A stretch of DNA of 64,000 nt from Podarcis filfolensis (taxonomy: Eukaryota). The stretch lies in NCBI GenBank assembly GCA_964270895.1, contig OZ185441.1; one strand, 5' to 3'. The notes beneath the pieces were generated by a model that did no database searches, was not told the DNA's origin, and saw nothing but the letters and a program-made list of their open reading frames with translations. Of this stretch, positions 25,780 to 38,000 are shown in pieces. Made by a program: the position numbers and the translations under genes. Numbering within the stretch: the stretch's first letter is position 1; the number at the start of each line of letters is the position of its first letter.

Positions 25780-26011
25780 GCATCTGATGAAATCTGTTCC
25801 ACAAAAGTTTATGCCGTAATGTGTTTGTTGCTCTTTAAAGAGCCAAAAGACTCTGCTGTTTATGCATTTATAAATATATCCCTGTATCCAGAAGAAACAA
25901 GACTGAAACATATGATAAAGTGGATTCTAGCCCATGAAAGATTATGCCATGGTAAATTTACTAGTCTTTAAACTGGTGTCCCAAGATTCTGTTGGTTTTG
26001 CTGAAACCAGC
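25780..26011 (+). mobile_element. Two tandem Penelope-like terminal-repeat fragments with decayed hammerhead cores
   Basis: gcat-CTGATGA-a...-aaaagttt-atgc, and 130 bp later acat-atgataa-agtgga...cccat-GAAA-gatt-atgcc, each followed by ...ttgttg/ctagtctttaa.... Confidence 0.55.
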
Positions 26012-26014
26012 TAA

Positions 26015-26281
26015 CAGTGCAGTCCACAGGAGCCAACTCCTAGGGGCCAAGGTTCCTTTGCCCCCCCATAAAATATTTGAGGGGACCTGGGGCCCCCAAA
26101 TGGGCATTGCCATTCAAATGGTGTTTGTGTGCCCAATCTTGTGACTGATTACCTGCCTCCTCCTAAAATATATTATTCAAGTTGACACTCCTGGTGCAGT
26201 CCTAATCCCATCTACTCAGAAGTAAGCCCTTTTGACTTCAGTGAGGCTTGCTCCCATGTAAGTGAGGCTAGGATTGCAGCC
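26015..26281. mobile_element. ~90-bp Harbinger-like MITE (TAA TSD) carrying a nested hAT-like MITE (~26026-26193)
   Basis: taa|cagtgcagtcc ... ggattgcagcc|taa. Inner element caggagccaact...agttgacactcctg is flanked by duplicated gtgcagtc(c). Confidence 0.75.
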
Positions 26282-26353
26282 TAACGGGGCTGCCCCTCTG
26301 GAAAATAAGATTGAAAGGCATACTTAGCCTCCATTGAGAAATCAATAAGTATT

Positions 26354-26566
26354 GAGAGCCAGTGTGGTGTAGTGGTTAAGAGCGGTAGACTTGTAATCTG
26401 GTGAACCGGGTTCGTGTCTCCACTCCTCCACATGCAGCTGCTGGGTGACCTTGGGCCAGTCACACTTCTTTGAAGTCTCTCAGCCCCACTCACCTCACAG
26501 AGTGTTTGTTGTGGGGAAGGAAGGGAAAGGAGAATGTTAGCCGCTTTGAGACTCTTCTTCTTCTTC
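26354..26566 (+). mobile_element. tRNA-head CORE-type SINE (Squam3-like) with (CTT)n tail
   Basis: A box tgtggtgtagtggttaag, degenerate B box gggttcgtgtctcc, CORE-like gggtgaccttgggccagtcac ... cacctcacag...ttgtg, tail cttcttcttc. Older relatives at ~32530-32725 (+) and ~51460-51590 (-). Confidence 0.75.
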
Positions 26567-27664
26567 TATTCATGACCAACTAAGGCTTAGTCCTGGTAAT
26601 ATTATTTTTAGACTGAAAGCTTAGAAGGAATAACTGTGCTGTTAGAGCTATTAAAAATGCTCACTCATAAACCACAGTAGGGTAATACTTTCATTAGGAC
26701 CAACCAAAATGTCACAGCAAGGTTTCACCTTTTCCATAACTTTACTTCAGCCTTGGATGTTAAGCAAAACGGCATCTATTCTTAATAAATAGGAGAACTT
26801 GAAAGTTTCAGCCCTTATATACCCAGTCAATCACAGTCACTCTGTGGGTGAGGGCCTCTTGCAGATATCACCTTATTAGGAGGTCCATTCTGATGATACA
26901 GGGATTAGGATTTGAGTGTGGAGACACCTACACTTTACACATTGGAATTCCCTCCTGTTATATAGTAGACAGGTGCCGTCTCTGTGGTCTTTTCAATGTC
27001 TAGTGAAAACCTTCCTCTTTCAGCAAGCCTTTCAAGTGGAGATCTTTATCCCATACCTTATTCATATTGGAACTATTTTTAATTTTTTTAAATGTGGAAG
27101 TGGTTTTAAATGTTTGTATTTTATATATATATGGATTGTTAATTGTTTTATATATGGATTTTAAATTATTTTAACACTTGGTTTTATGGTTGTATATGTT
27201 TTCATTTCATCTTATTATATATCTGTGTATTCTGTTTATTGTTTTAACCTGCCCAGGAACCTTATGGTAGAGGGCAGGTAAGAAATCTAATAAATAAAGA
27301 TATAAATAAAAGTTTGTTCACCATTCCACGACATTTGGATCGGCTCTAATTACTTAATAATGGACCAACATGACTACATTTGTTGACCGTACCTACTATT
27401 CATGATAATCCTGTTTCTCTTCAATTGAGTAGATTTCAAACCTTTCTCTCCTGGAATGCAAACTCACAGTATGACCATGGCTGCTCAGGAGGTACATAGC
27501 GCAGCAGAATCAAAGTCTGGGAATGTAAATGAATAAGAACTAGGAAAACTTGGGAAGACCATGTGGGTAGCTGCTCTAGGTGATCATATAAGAATAAACA
27601 GTAGGTGGAGACAGTAGTGTTACCAAGGCAGGACTTTGAGGCAGATGTTGAGGACCTCTCTCTC

Positions 27665-27667
<3 letters not shown>

Positions 27668-27698
<31 letters not shown>
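27668..27698. repeat. (AC)n microsatellite
   Basis: Seen directly. Similar (TG)n at 18543-18562. Confidence 0.95.
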
Positions 27699-27702
<4 letters not shown>

Positions 27703-29925
27703 CAAGAAGGAAGGCCCTCAAATTTAGTACTGGATTATTTTATTTTATTTTTATTATTTTTAAAATTTATATACTGATTGTACAAAAGCCTCAAAGTGGT
27801 TTACAAAGAAGATGAAATTATCAATTAAAAATTACAATAATTTAAAGCCAATGCATGCAGAAAATGATCAGCTGCTTTCAGAGTAATTTATGAAGTAAGT
27901 GGAATAATAGACACTATCATTAAAAGAGGCCCCTCCCGTAAATGCATTAGGTCTAAAAGTAGTCCACAGTAGTCTAATTGCACCACTGGGTGGAGAAAAC
28001 AACCCTATCTACTTCAATTCCCCTTTCTAAAGCTTTGTTCTGGAAGAAAAAGCAATCATTAGTCCATCACAGTGGGAGGGAAGTCCTGAGTTCACTCTTC
28101 AGATGTTATTATATGCCCCCCAAAAAAGCAATTTCATATGTTAGCCACTCATACTTTTGCTTTCCCCCATAACATTTAAAGTCACTTAAAATACCATAGT
28201 TACATTTGCACAGCACTTATAAATTTCCTACATTGGAATCATTACCCTCTAGAAGAGAAACATGCAAAACATATGTAGGTTGTCATGTATGATTACCACA
28301 CAAGCACAGAGTTTGCAAGATGCACATGGAGGGCACACATGCTGAAAAGCTGAGACCAAAGGTGGTTTCTGGTGTGTGCATATTCAGAAAAAATAGATGT
28401 GAGTGGAGGTGATTATACGCAGGGAGCAGAAAACTTGTAACATATGAGTGGCCCTTGGATGCAGTTGTTTTGGGGGGGAATTGATGCTTAAAAAAAATAA
28501 TAATTAAGCCACATCCTATTGAAGTATGCACCAGCTCCCCGACTTCTGGGGATTTTTAAAATAATTTAGGAAATGTCGCAGTGACATGTCTCCGGCACCT
28601 CAATCTTTTTACATCTTTACTTGACGTTGCTTGAAATTGGCATTGATTCCCATTGAAGTTACTTCCAGGAGGACATGATAAAAGTGACATAAAAACTATT
28701 CCACCATATACCCAATCAAACTGTAAACCTAACAAATCAAGTGCCTAAGCAAACAAATAATCAGAGCCTTCCACGTTGCATGATGTTACCCAACTTTTCT
28801 TTTTGTTTAATTCTAGTACAGTATATTGAATTGTGGGGGGTGGCATAAATTCAGACAGGGCGCGCGCTGAAACTTGCAACGATTTCCTTAGCAACATTGT
28901 TTTTGCTGAGCGATTCCACTTCCCGCTGCAGAATGAAAAACTTTAACCCAAATGGCAACAGTGGAGAGACTCGCCTTGCCCCAGCCGTGTGCTGTGGAAC
29001 GTGGAACAAGCGGTATCCCCTGCGTTGTTATACTGTTCAAAACAATATTTGTGCGCAACGCGGACAAATTCTACTGGATCTCCTCGCCGTGTATAAGAGC
29101 TGGATTCAGGAGGACCAGGGAATGTGGACTTTTTGCATGGCGCTGCATCTCCCAGCTGGAGTTGTGGTCTTTGCACATCCGAATATAATAACCAAAGCAC
29201 GGGTGCATAAGGTGTACACTGATCAGAGTTGCCTCCTGCAACATCTCTGCAACCCCAAGAGCAGAAGCCAGGAAGCCTGGAGAACTTGAGACGTCTCACG
29301 CGATTGGCTGCGCGCCCTTTCTATACGTCCAATGCTGCGTCCTCAACTTGTTTCTCTCGGTGAAAGTCGCTTAAGCGAGTAACAGGAGGCGTGCAGAGAC
29401 TCGCAGGGCTTCCATCAGATAAGGTGCCCCAATACTTCGCTCCTCATCATCCCATACACGCATAACGTTCATCTCGGCTCGTTTGTCCTGAGATAGATCC
29501 GTAGCCGCCCAGCTGATTATGGGCCGAGATTAAGATGGCATTAATCAGCTGATCGGTTAAGAGTCATATAGCATATTTGAAGTGATTTAGCAATGTGTGG
29601 AGCAAAGGAAGGCTACCAAATGCCAGTCGTTTTTATTGTCTCCATAATTCATAAACGCTGGGGAGGTGGAGCATTGATTCCTTAACGCCTAAATTAACAT
29701 TTTGATCTGAACTGTTTTACCCCATTTAGAAAGTTTTGTTACGTTCGCTCTCTTTTTCTCCTCTTCAGATCGGATTCCTCTTTCCACTGCTGCTGTTGTG
29801 GACTCCGTAATAAAAATCTTTAAATAATCAGGTGCTTTGGCGTCCCGTGGCTATTTTAATTGGCTAATCCACCAGGCAAAAACTAGATCCTTAATCTCCG
29901 AACATTTTAAGGGATAAGTAGAACT

Positions 29926-29926
<1 letters not shown>

Positions 29927-29961
<35 letters not shown>

Positions 29962-29979
29962 GCAGCAGCAGCAGCAGCA
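29927..29979. repeat. Compound (TAA)11 + (AGC)6 microsatellite
   Basis: Seen directly. Confidence 0.95.
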
Positions 29980-31799
29980 AATCAACAGCCTAACAAAGTT
30001 AAATAGTTGCATCGCCTTGTTTTTGCATAAACAAGTATTTGTCCATCAATTTTTTTTTTTAATCTTCTTTTTTTCGTTATGCGCACAGACCACTTTAGGG
30101 CAACTACAGTCTGGGTTTCAGCTCTCTCAAATCCCAGCCGTCCCGTTTAACTACCTTGTGGCTCTCTGTCTGCAGGGGTGTTCAAAGATTAAGAGCCTAG
30201 TGTTCTCCGTATTCAACCTGCTTCGCAGATTCTCTTTTCCTCGACTCTTAAAGGAGAGAAAATAGAAGGTGGGATCGGACGGGATAAAACTGCGGAGCCT
30301 CGGCTCGCTTTTCCCATTTCCCACATCGACTTGTTTCCAGGCTGGGCCTCTCTGAAGTCCAGACCCAGGCAAATTCTTACCTGAGCGCAAAAAGCGCAAG
30401 GCTCCTGGAGCCCAATTCTCGTAAAGCAATGCTACCAGAATGTATGGATTATGATTCTTAAACGGATCTCACATTCGCTCTCGGCTGTGTTTTTCCCCTG
30501 AGACGCAGCTGCAGGTTCGGGAGGGCTGCGCTCCTGGAACTCTGCCCTAAATCTACTTGCAGGTCGCTCCCTGCTAAGTTTACTCTGGAGAAATCCCATG
30601 GATTTCCATGGGACTTGCTTAGGTTTGCAGTATATTTAGGAAACAAATCCCACTGAACTCGGTGAAAATCTATTTAGGAATGGTCTGTGGGTGATCTTGG
30701 TCCGAATTGTACATTCAGAAGGATTAACAGAGCACAGCTATCCAAATGGTTAGTGTAGAATTAGGGGCGCGGAGGGGGTGCTAATCAAATCCATGCCTTT
30801 TGCGAGTATGGGGGGCGGGGGGCTGGCGGAGGAGTTAGGAGAGACTTGCTTCGAATTCATGGTTCACGGTAAAAGAAAGCAGCCCTTTCCATGTCTTCCT
30901 TTCCCAATAGGAATAAATAAACCTAAAATATTTTCATGCTTCTGGGACGAGGTCCAGAGATTATACAAATGTTGTTGTTTTGAAAACTCAATAAATTGAA
31001 TTAAAGTAGCAAAGCTCTCTTGCAGCCTGTAATGCACGTTTCGCGATGTAAAGCCTGCATTCTTAGGTTGTGCTCTCGAAGGACGTGGGAAGCAACTTAA
31101 AGGCAAGCGATTCGATTTAACGGGGTCTAACGTCGATCTGGATTGTGCAGTAGAGTGGTACGTTAGGAACAGCAAGCGCGCAAAGGCAAGTAACTACAAA
31201 GTTCCCGGGATTTGACTTCACCAGAAACTCGAACGCAGGAAATACGTGTAAATCCAGATACTCCGCCTGGACTCATTTGGGGATCAAAGGATGAGTTATA
31301 CAGGGAAGCTGCGGGCTGTTCCGGGAGCCTTTTTCCTCTCGGGAAGGAGGCGGCCAGGTGGGCGAGGATTTTAGCTGTAGTGACAGATTCTGCGGCGCAG
31401 GAGCTTATTTACATTCGCCATAACCACGCCCCTTCTAAGACTATATAGAGCAAAAGTTAATTTTCAGCCACGTAGACATGAAGGTTTCAATATCAAGCCA
31501 AACTTTTTCTCTTCGCCATCCCTCCTCCAGCTTTACTGAGCATCACCCCGCCTAGCGAAGGGTTCTGATAGTCTCAGAAGCTTGCTCCCTGTTTTGTTAC
31601 ATTTTCATTGGTGGCGCTGGGGATTTCCCAAAGTAAAAGTAGCAGTTTAGCTGGGGACCAAGAGCAATCTGCAGTCGCTCTTCTTCTTCCCGTGGGGGTG
31701 TCTCGACTGAAGTCGAGCATTTTGAATATCCCGGGGGAAATTGTGGTCTCCTTTCGGCGCGAAGAAAGTGTCAGTCCTGCTCGTTCCTAACTCAATCCC

Positions 31800-32235
31800 A
31801 TCCCGAGACCACATAACACCGCTCTTGAAAGACCTACATTCGCTCCCAGTACCTTTCCTAGCACAATTCAACGTGTTGGTGCTGACCTTTAAGGCCCTAA
31901 ACGGCCTCGGTCCAGAATATCTGAAGGAGCGTCTCCTCCCCCATCGTTCTGCCCGGACACTGAGGTCCAGCTCCGAGGGCCTTCTGGCAGTTCCCTCCCT
32001 GCGAGAAGCCAAGTTACAGGGAACCAGGCAGAGGGCCTTCTCGGTGGTGCCGCCGCCCTGTGGAACGCCCTCCCACCAGATTAACAACAAATACCAGACT
32101 TTTAGAAGACATCTGAAGGCAGCCCTGTTTAGGGAAGCTTTTAATGTTTAACAGTCCACTGTATTTTAATATTTTGTTGGTAGCCACCCAGAGTGGCTGG
32201 GGAAGCCCAGCCAGATGGGTGGGGTATAAATAAAT
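31800..32235 (+). mobile_element. L2-clade LINE 3' end
   Basis: Translation DHITPLLKDLHSLPVPFLAQFNVLVLTFKALNGLGPEYLKERL...RTLRSS...RAFSVV is typical of L2 ORF2 C-terminus. Ends ggggtataaataaat, followed by a microsatellite. Confidence 0.85.
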
Positions 32236-32241
32236 GATGAT

Positions 32242-32295
32242 GAAGAAGAAGAAGAAGAAGAAGAAGAAGAAGAAGAAGAAGAAGAAGAAGAAGAA
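32242..32295. repeat. (GAA)18 at the L2 tail
   Basis: Seen directly. Confidence 0.95.
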
Positions 32296-35200
32296 AAGGA
32301 GGAAACCCTACAGACCGTGGAAGGTCCGCTGCTGCACCTCGGGACCAAGAATGGCAGGTGATGGGAGCAGGCAAACAGGCCCGCCCTCGACATCTGGTCC
32401 ACTGGCCTGATGTTATCACATCCCATCTTTTATTTCTTCATCGTCCGGGATGGAGACACTCCTTGTGTTATTTTTTTTTTACTTTGAAAACGTTTTATTA
32501 TTTTCTACAACAGATTGGTGCTGCCACCTAAGAGACCCAGGTTCAAATCCCCCACTCAGCCATAAAGCTCTTTAGGCGGCCTTGGGCCAGACACGGTCTC
32601 TCTCCGCTTCGCCTTCCTGGCAGGGCTGCTGTTGTGAGGATAAAACTGGAGAGCGGGCATTCCGTGTGTCGGCCACCTTTGAGCTCCTGGGAGGAAAGAC
32701 GGGAGTATTAAGAGAAATCATAAATGTGCTTAGCCTCGGGGCAGCAGAAGCAACTCAGTTCTATTCCTCTAGTCTACAGAGTGCGATGATTTATGCGAGA
32801 GCAAAAGGAGAAGCTGTGTGTGCGCTCAGAGTGCGCTTTTTTGGCAATTTCGGGAACGAAGAAGCAGTGGAAACGCTGGGGAGAATATAAGTGTTAACGG
32901 TGTGCTTCGCAAGTGAAGTAATGCACACGGGTCACCTTAAAGGGAGGAGCCGTCAAACCACTAAACCCAGAATTACCTATATGCGCCACGGATGGGATTG
33001 GGTCCCGTTGTGCTAAGGACCGCAGCCTGCATCAGACATGCCTCTCGGTTTTTTGCTCTCTCATCTCTGAATCGCCGACGCTTCTGCAAGCTAAATGTGT
33101 GAACCCTCCCCCTGAAAAGCACAGCAATGATTTCATGAAAAAGGCTACACGTGGTGTTTGACCCTTAAGAGGTATTTCGCCCTGTATCACCGGGCGACTT
33201 GGCAAGCCGTCTGGGCATGTGTGAATCAGCTGTCGCTGGGCACCGCTTCTTACAAGCTCTGAATCCCTCGTTTCCTTTTGATTTCACGACACACACAGGT
33301 CTATGAGAACAGTAATGCACTTAAGTAATTTTAGACTGGGGACTTAAAGGTCTAAAAGCCCCCTCCCATCTTAATATGGCAACGGAGATTGTTTCTCTTG
33401 CTTCAAAACGTAACCAGACAGCCCTGCTGCGGGGCAGAGACCTGAGATGCAAATCGAGTCGCTTCAGAAAAGTCTCAGTTGGGTAAATGAAGCTGCCTCA
33501 AAAATTATTAGGTGTCAAAGGGCTTGATTTGTACCAGCGCCCAACCACATAATCTGTTTTCCGCATGAGAGCCCAGTTCTGGGATATATGAAGAGAGTAT
33601 CTGAGCATGGGCAGAGAGCACTTGTGACCACCATACTGGCTTAAAATCGTCTAACTCTGCGCAAGTCCTGATGGGAAAATCTAAACCCTATTTAGTGACC
33701 TAACACGGGTGTTTAAGCCACGAGCAAATGTGATTGAATGTTGTTTTTCCTTGGGCAAGTAGTTTGAAAGTTTTTATTCAAACGCAGCTTGGCAGCGCTA
33801 TGAAATCGAAAGCGTGGAGATTCTTCCAAGAATCTCCGTTTGAGTTGCAGCAGAAGCCGGGAATCTGGATTAAATGGACCAGAAGCAGGTTAGGGAGCAG
33901 ATGGGACCTCTGCAGCTTCTTGGTTCCCAGGCTGTCGCGCTGGGAGTTTTTGCCGGAAGCGCGAACTTTAGAGGTCTGCGCAGGAGAGGCTTCAGCGGAG
34001 CTCCACGCGCTGAGACCTAGATCCAACCTCCCAAGCAGAAACGCATCTGGGAAACGCGCAAAGCTTCAGCGGAGACAACAGGTCCATTCAAAAGACAACG
34101 TGGGATGAACTGAGCTGCAGTCCACTGGTGTCCCTCGGGGCAAATGAGCCGAGGCCATTTTGCCTTCAGTCATTACAGCTTTATACATTTTGACACTTAT
34201 TCAAACCCACGCATAAACTAGCCCTGAATCATGTTGCTTTAGGGAAAAATTGGTAGCAAAAAAGGGAAAACCGACGCCAGAGCATCTATGCTGTATTGGA
34301 TTGTTGCTACAGCGCTATCAAAGTAGGACAGGGAAGTCAGATTAATTTGTTTGCCTTCACACGTGTATATGTAGTGGTTATTTCTTCACAGTTCTTTTCT
34401 ATGCGTGTTTATTTCGAATTCAGGTCGCTGTGTATAATGGAATTAATTCCTAAGGGAGTAAGCCTTGTGTTGCGACTTTTATTTCTACGGGTATTTACTT
34501 GGGAGTAAGCCCTCTCGAGCTCAGTAGGGCCTGCTTCTGAGCAGGCACGTTTAGCGTAAGTCATTTTCAGAGTAGGCCCATTGAAACCAATTGCCTTAAT
34601 TTAGTCATGGCTAACTTGATTTCAGTGGGTCTGAGTATGGCTTAGTCGGAGACCACTCTATATGTGGAACGGTCCTGCTCCTGTTGTACTAAAAAACAGC
34701 CACCTGTGTTTATCATATTTAACCGTATCCAAATATTTAAAAAATACATTTTTATTTGTATTATAAAGAGAGTAAAAGAGCTTTCACAACACCCCTTTTA
34801 GAAAGGAACTCAGGGGGGTTAATAATAAGACCCAACTCGGAAAGGGAAGTTCAGGTAATCAGAGCTTGGTTTTAAAACTGAAGGGGGCTGGAGCTCAGCC
34901 AGAGGTGCGACCTTGCTCTTGATTCCAGGTGTCTGAGCAGGGCCGGGTTTGTAGAAAGGGAGAAGCACTCTGCACATGCCTGGATGCACGCCCATCTTTT
35001 TTAGGCCCTCACGTCTCCCTCCAACTCAAAAGGCGTTCTAATCTGAGGGCTCTGGGTCCTTACCTGGAGAGGAGTTCACCTGCTGCAGGAATTGCCACAC
35101 CTTTGTCCCGGGCTGGCTAGTGAGAAATAGCATTTGCGTCATTGGCTGCAGGGCAAGGAGCTACTACAGTACTGTATATAACCGGGCGCACCCAGTTGGT

Positions 35201-36523
35201 GCCCTCGCTCTGTCCTTAGGGCTTGTTTTCCCCCGTCTGTCCTTCAATCCGCTCATCAGTCCCCATGGAAAGTCTTGTGGTACCTTAAGAACGTAGAACA
35301 GAAGAAAAACCCGCTGGATCGGGCCAATGGCCCTCCTCCTCCTCCAGTGTCGTGGTATCGCAGTGGCCACCCAGATGCCGGTGGGAAAACCCGCAAGCAG
35401 ACTTCGAGCGCAATAGCCCTCTCTCCTCCTGTGGTTTCCATTTTATTTATTAGATTTATATACCGCTGTTCATCATAAGATCTCAGGGCATTGCTACCTC
35501 CCAGCTAATAGTAATCGATAGCCCCCCCCCTCTTCCTTGGATGTACCTAAGCCTCTTGTAAAGTCATTTAGGTTGGGGGCCATCACTACCTCCTATATAG
35601 TTTAACTATGAGCTGCCCTGATATACTGTACCGCCTTTTACGAGTTCTAGGGTTATGAGAGAGGGAATAAAGCTTTTCTCTAACCGCTTTCTCCACGCAA
35701 TGCATACTTTTGCAAACTTCTATCCCTCCACCTATTTCGATCCTTGCAGAGCATCCTTTCGGGGCTGCTTCAGAACAGCGTTTTTGTCTTGCCTCAGATA
35801 TGCCATCCTATTGTCTATTCAGAAGTAAGTCGCTCCGAACTCAATGGCTGCAATCCTAACCCCACTTTACCAGAGAGTAAGCACCATTGAATTCGATAGG
35901 ACTAACTTCTGAGTAGACATTTTGCGCTTGGCACATCAACTCTATGCCCTGCCAGCGTCCAAACGAAGACACGTTTACTCAAGAAGTAATTAAGTGGCAC
36001 TGAAATCAATGAGCCTTCTTGCAAGCAGAGGAAAGCAAGGCGCACTCAGCTCAGTCTGCAACCCCAAATGCACTTTATTGGGAGTAAGATCCAGCGAGCT
36101 CTGTGGGGCTTACTTCTGAGTAGGCATTTACTGGAGCGCGCTGTCCTACTCAGCCCTTTTGAATTCCACAGGATTTATTTCGGAGGGGATCGCGCTGTTC
36201 CTTAATCCTGCGAAATGCTGGTCCCGAGCCCTTCTTTATCAATATCTATGTAGATAAAAGTCTCTATAGAATGACTCGATTCTCTCTGGTTTGGATCTCA
36301 TTCTTAGTCTTTCGTGCTGTGGTTTTAAATGCACACAATTCCCCGCGCCGCAAGGGGCACAAAATAACCTAAACAGAGTGACCGGGGATCCTCAGCCTTA
36401 GTATCAGTTAGCGAGGAAGTGCAAGAGTGAGCCGGAGCTCCGCCCAAGCCGCTTCTTTCTTACGTGTTAGGGAAGCATCCTGAGCCTTTTCTGCCCCTTC
36501 CGCGAGCCGCAAAGCAAACAGAT

Positions 36524-36540
36524 GCCTCCAGGGGGCGCTG
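36524..36540 (+). promoter_or_regulatory. Candidate CTCF motif (forward)
   Basis: gCCTCCAGGGGGCGCtg differs at one position from the core CCACCAGGGGGCGC. Confidence 0.5.
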
Positions 36541-36935
36541 GAGCTCTTCGTTTCCCTGCTGCTGCTGCTGCTGCTGCTTCCTAAGCGGACCTGCACAGCC
36601 GCTAACCTCCCCGCTTCCCTGCCTTGGCCCCCCAGCCCAGCGCCCCGCAGGCATTTCGTGTCCCCCAGCCCACCCTGCGGGCTCCGTCCCCGGTGCTCAG
36701 GAGTCGTCCTGCTCCCCTCGCCGGCTTCCTCTGGTCCTGCCTGGACCCCTGCAGAGGAGGGCAGGGGCGAGAGGAAGGGGCGCGCGCGCCGGCGCTGCGC
36801 AAAGCAGGCAAGTAAGTGGCCGCGTTGCGCGCGCCCGCCGCACCAGGCAGCTTGGCAAGCCGGGGAAACGACGCGCCGGGAAACTGCCCAGGCGCCGGGT
36901 GATTCCGCCTGATACTTTTTTATTTTTTTAATTTT

Positions 36936-37000
36936 TTTATTTTATTTTATTTTATTTTATTTTATTTTATTTTATTTTATTTTATTTTATTTTATTTTAT
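36936..37000. repeat. (TTTAT)13 pentanucleotide array inside a CpG island
   Basis: Seen directly. (CTG)7 nearby at 36556-36576. Confidence 0.95.
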
Positions 37001-37956
37001 TGAGTCGGAGGCTGATGTCTATTTAAACCTATTTTTTTATTTTATCTATTTGGGCCTAACCGCCTTGGGCAGCTGACTACTAGCTGCCTGCCTCTCCATC
37101 CGTCCTCCTCTCCCTACCTGGTGTCCCACCCACCCGGCTCAGCCAGCGTGCCTAGTGGTCAGGGATCATCGTCGTCGGTGGAGCCCAGCAGAAAAGGTCT
37201 TGGAAGGTCACGCAGGTTTCCCCAGGGCTGCTCTTGCGAACGGTGAGCCTTCCAAGGCCTAGAGCGCGTCGCTCCGACCCAGTGTCTCCTAGCTTTTAAG
37301 AAAAGCGTAGCGGCGAGAGAGCTTCGGAGCATGGGCAGAGCGCCTTCCGCTCGTCGGGGTGCGAATCCCACACCGCACTCCCCGTCCAGGAGATCAGGGC
37401 AGAAAGTGGAGCGAGGAAAAGGGCCCGGAGCGAGCCTTCTAGATCTTGCAAAACGAAGCAGGGCGCTTTTCGATTTGAAACCCCCCTCCCTCCCTGCTTC
37501 CCTGCAGGACTCCGGATCGGGCTTCCTGGGTGGCATCACCAAAGGGGGAAACACCGGCTCGGCGAGAAGGGGGTCCCGCTGCGCTTGCATTGCTGCCCCC
37601 AGGCTCGCGGGGGGGAGGGAGGGAGAAGCGGGCTGGGGGCGAGCAAGGGGTGTGCGCGCTGCTTGGATGGGAAAAGCGGCGAGTTTAGAGTGGGATACCC
37701 TTCCCACCTCATTGCCCTTGGAAAGGAACGCAGCCAAGGCCGGATCCGCTCCCGGCGGGTCTCCTCCGGCTCCTGATTCCCTGACAGCGGCCACCGGTGA
37801 GGACTTGCAGCCGCTTCCCCAGCGCGCGGACTCGGCTTCGGGAGCGCCTTCTTGCTTGGAAGTAGAAAGTTCTGCTGCAGCCAAAGCGAGCAGTTGCTTC
37901 CTGGTCCTGGGTTCCAATCCTGGGCACATGAAGTTCCTCGGGTGGCCCGGGGCCTG

Positions 37957-37957
<1 letters not shown>

Positions 37958-37998
<41 letters not shown>
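37958..37998. repeat. (CT)20 microsatellite
   Basis: Seen directly. Confidence 0.95.

Positions 37999-38000
<2 letters not shown>

Noticed and set aside
29390-29420. Minus-strand ctgatgg motif resembling a hammerhead core
   Set aside because: The core is CUGAUGG, with no GAAA or stems.
31647-32151. 136-aa and 147-aa ORFs
   Set aside because: L2 ORF2 remnant and its antisense, not host genes.
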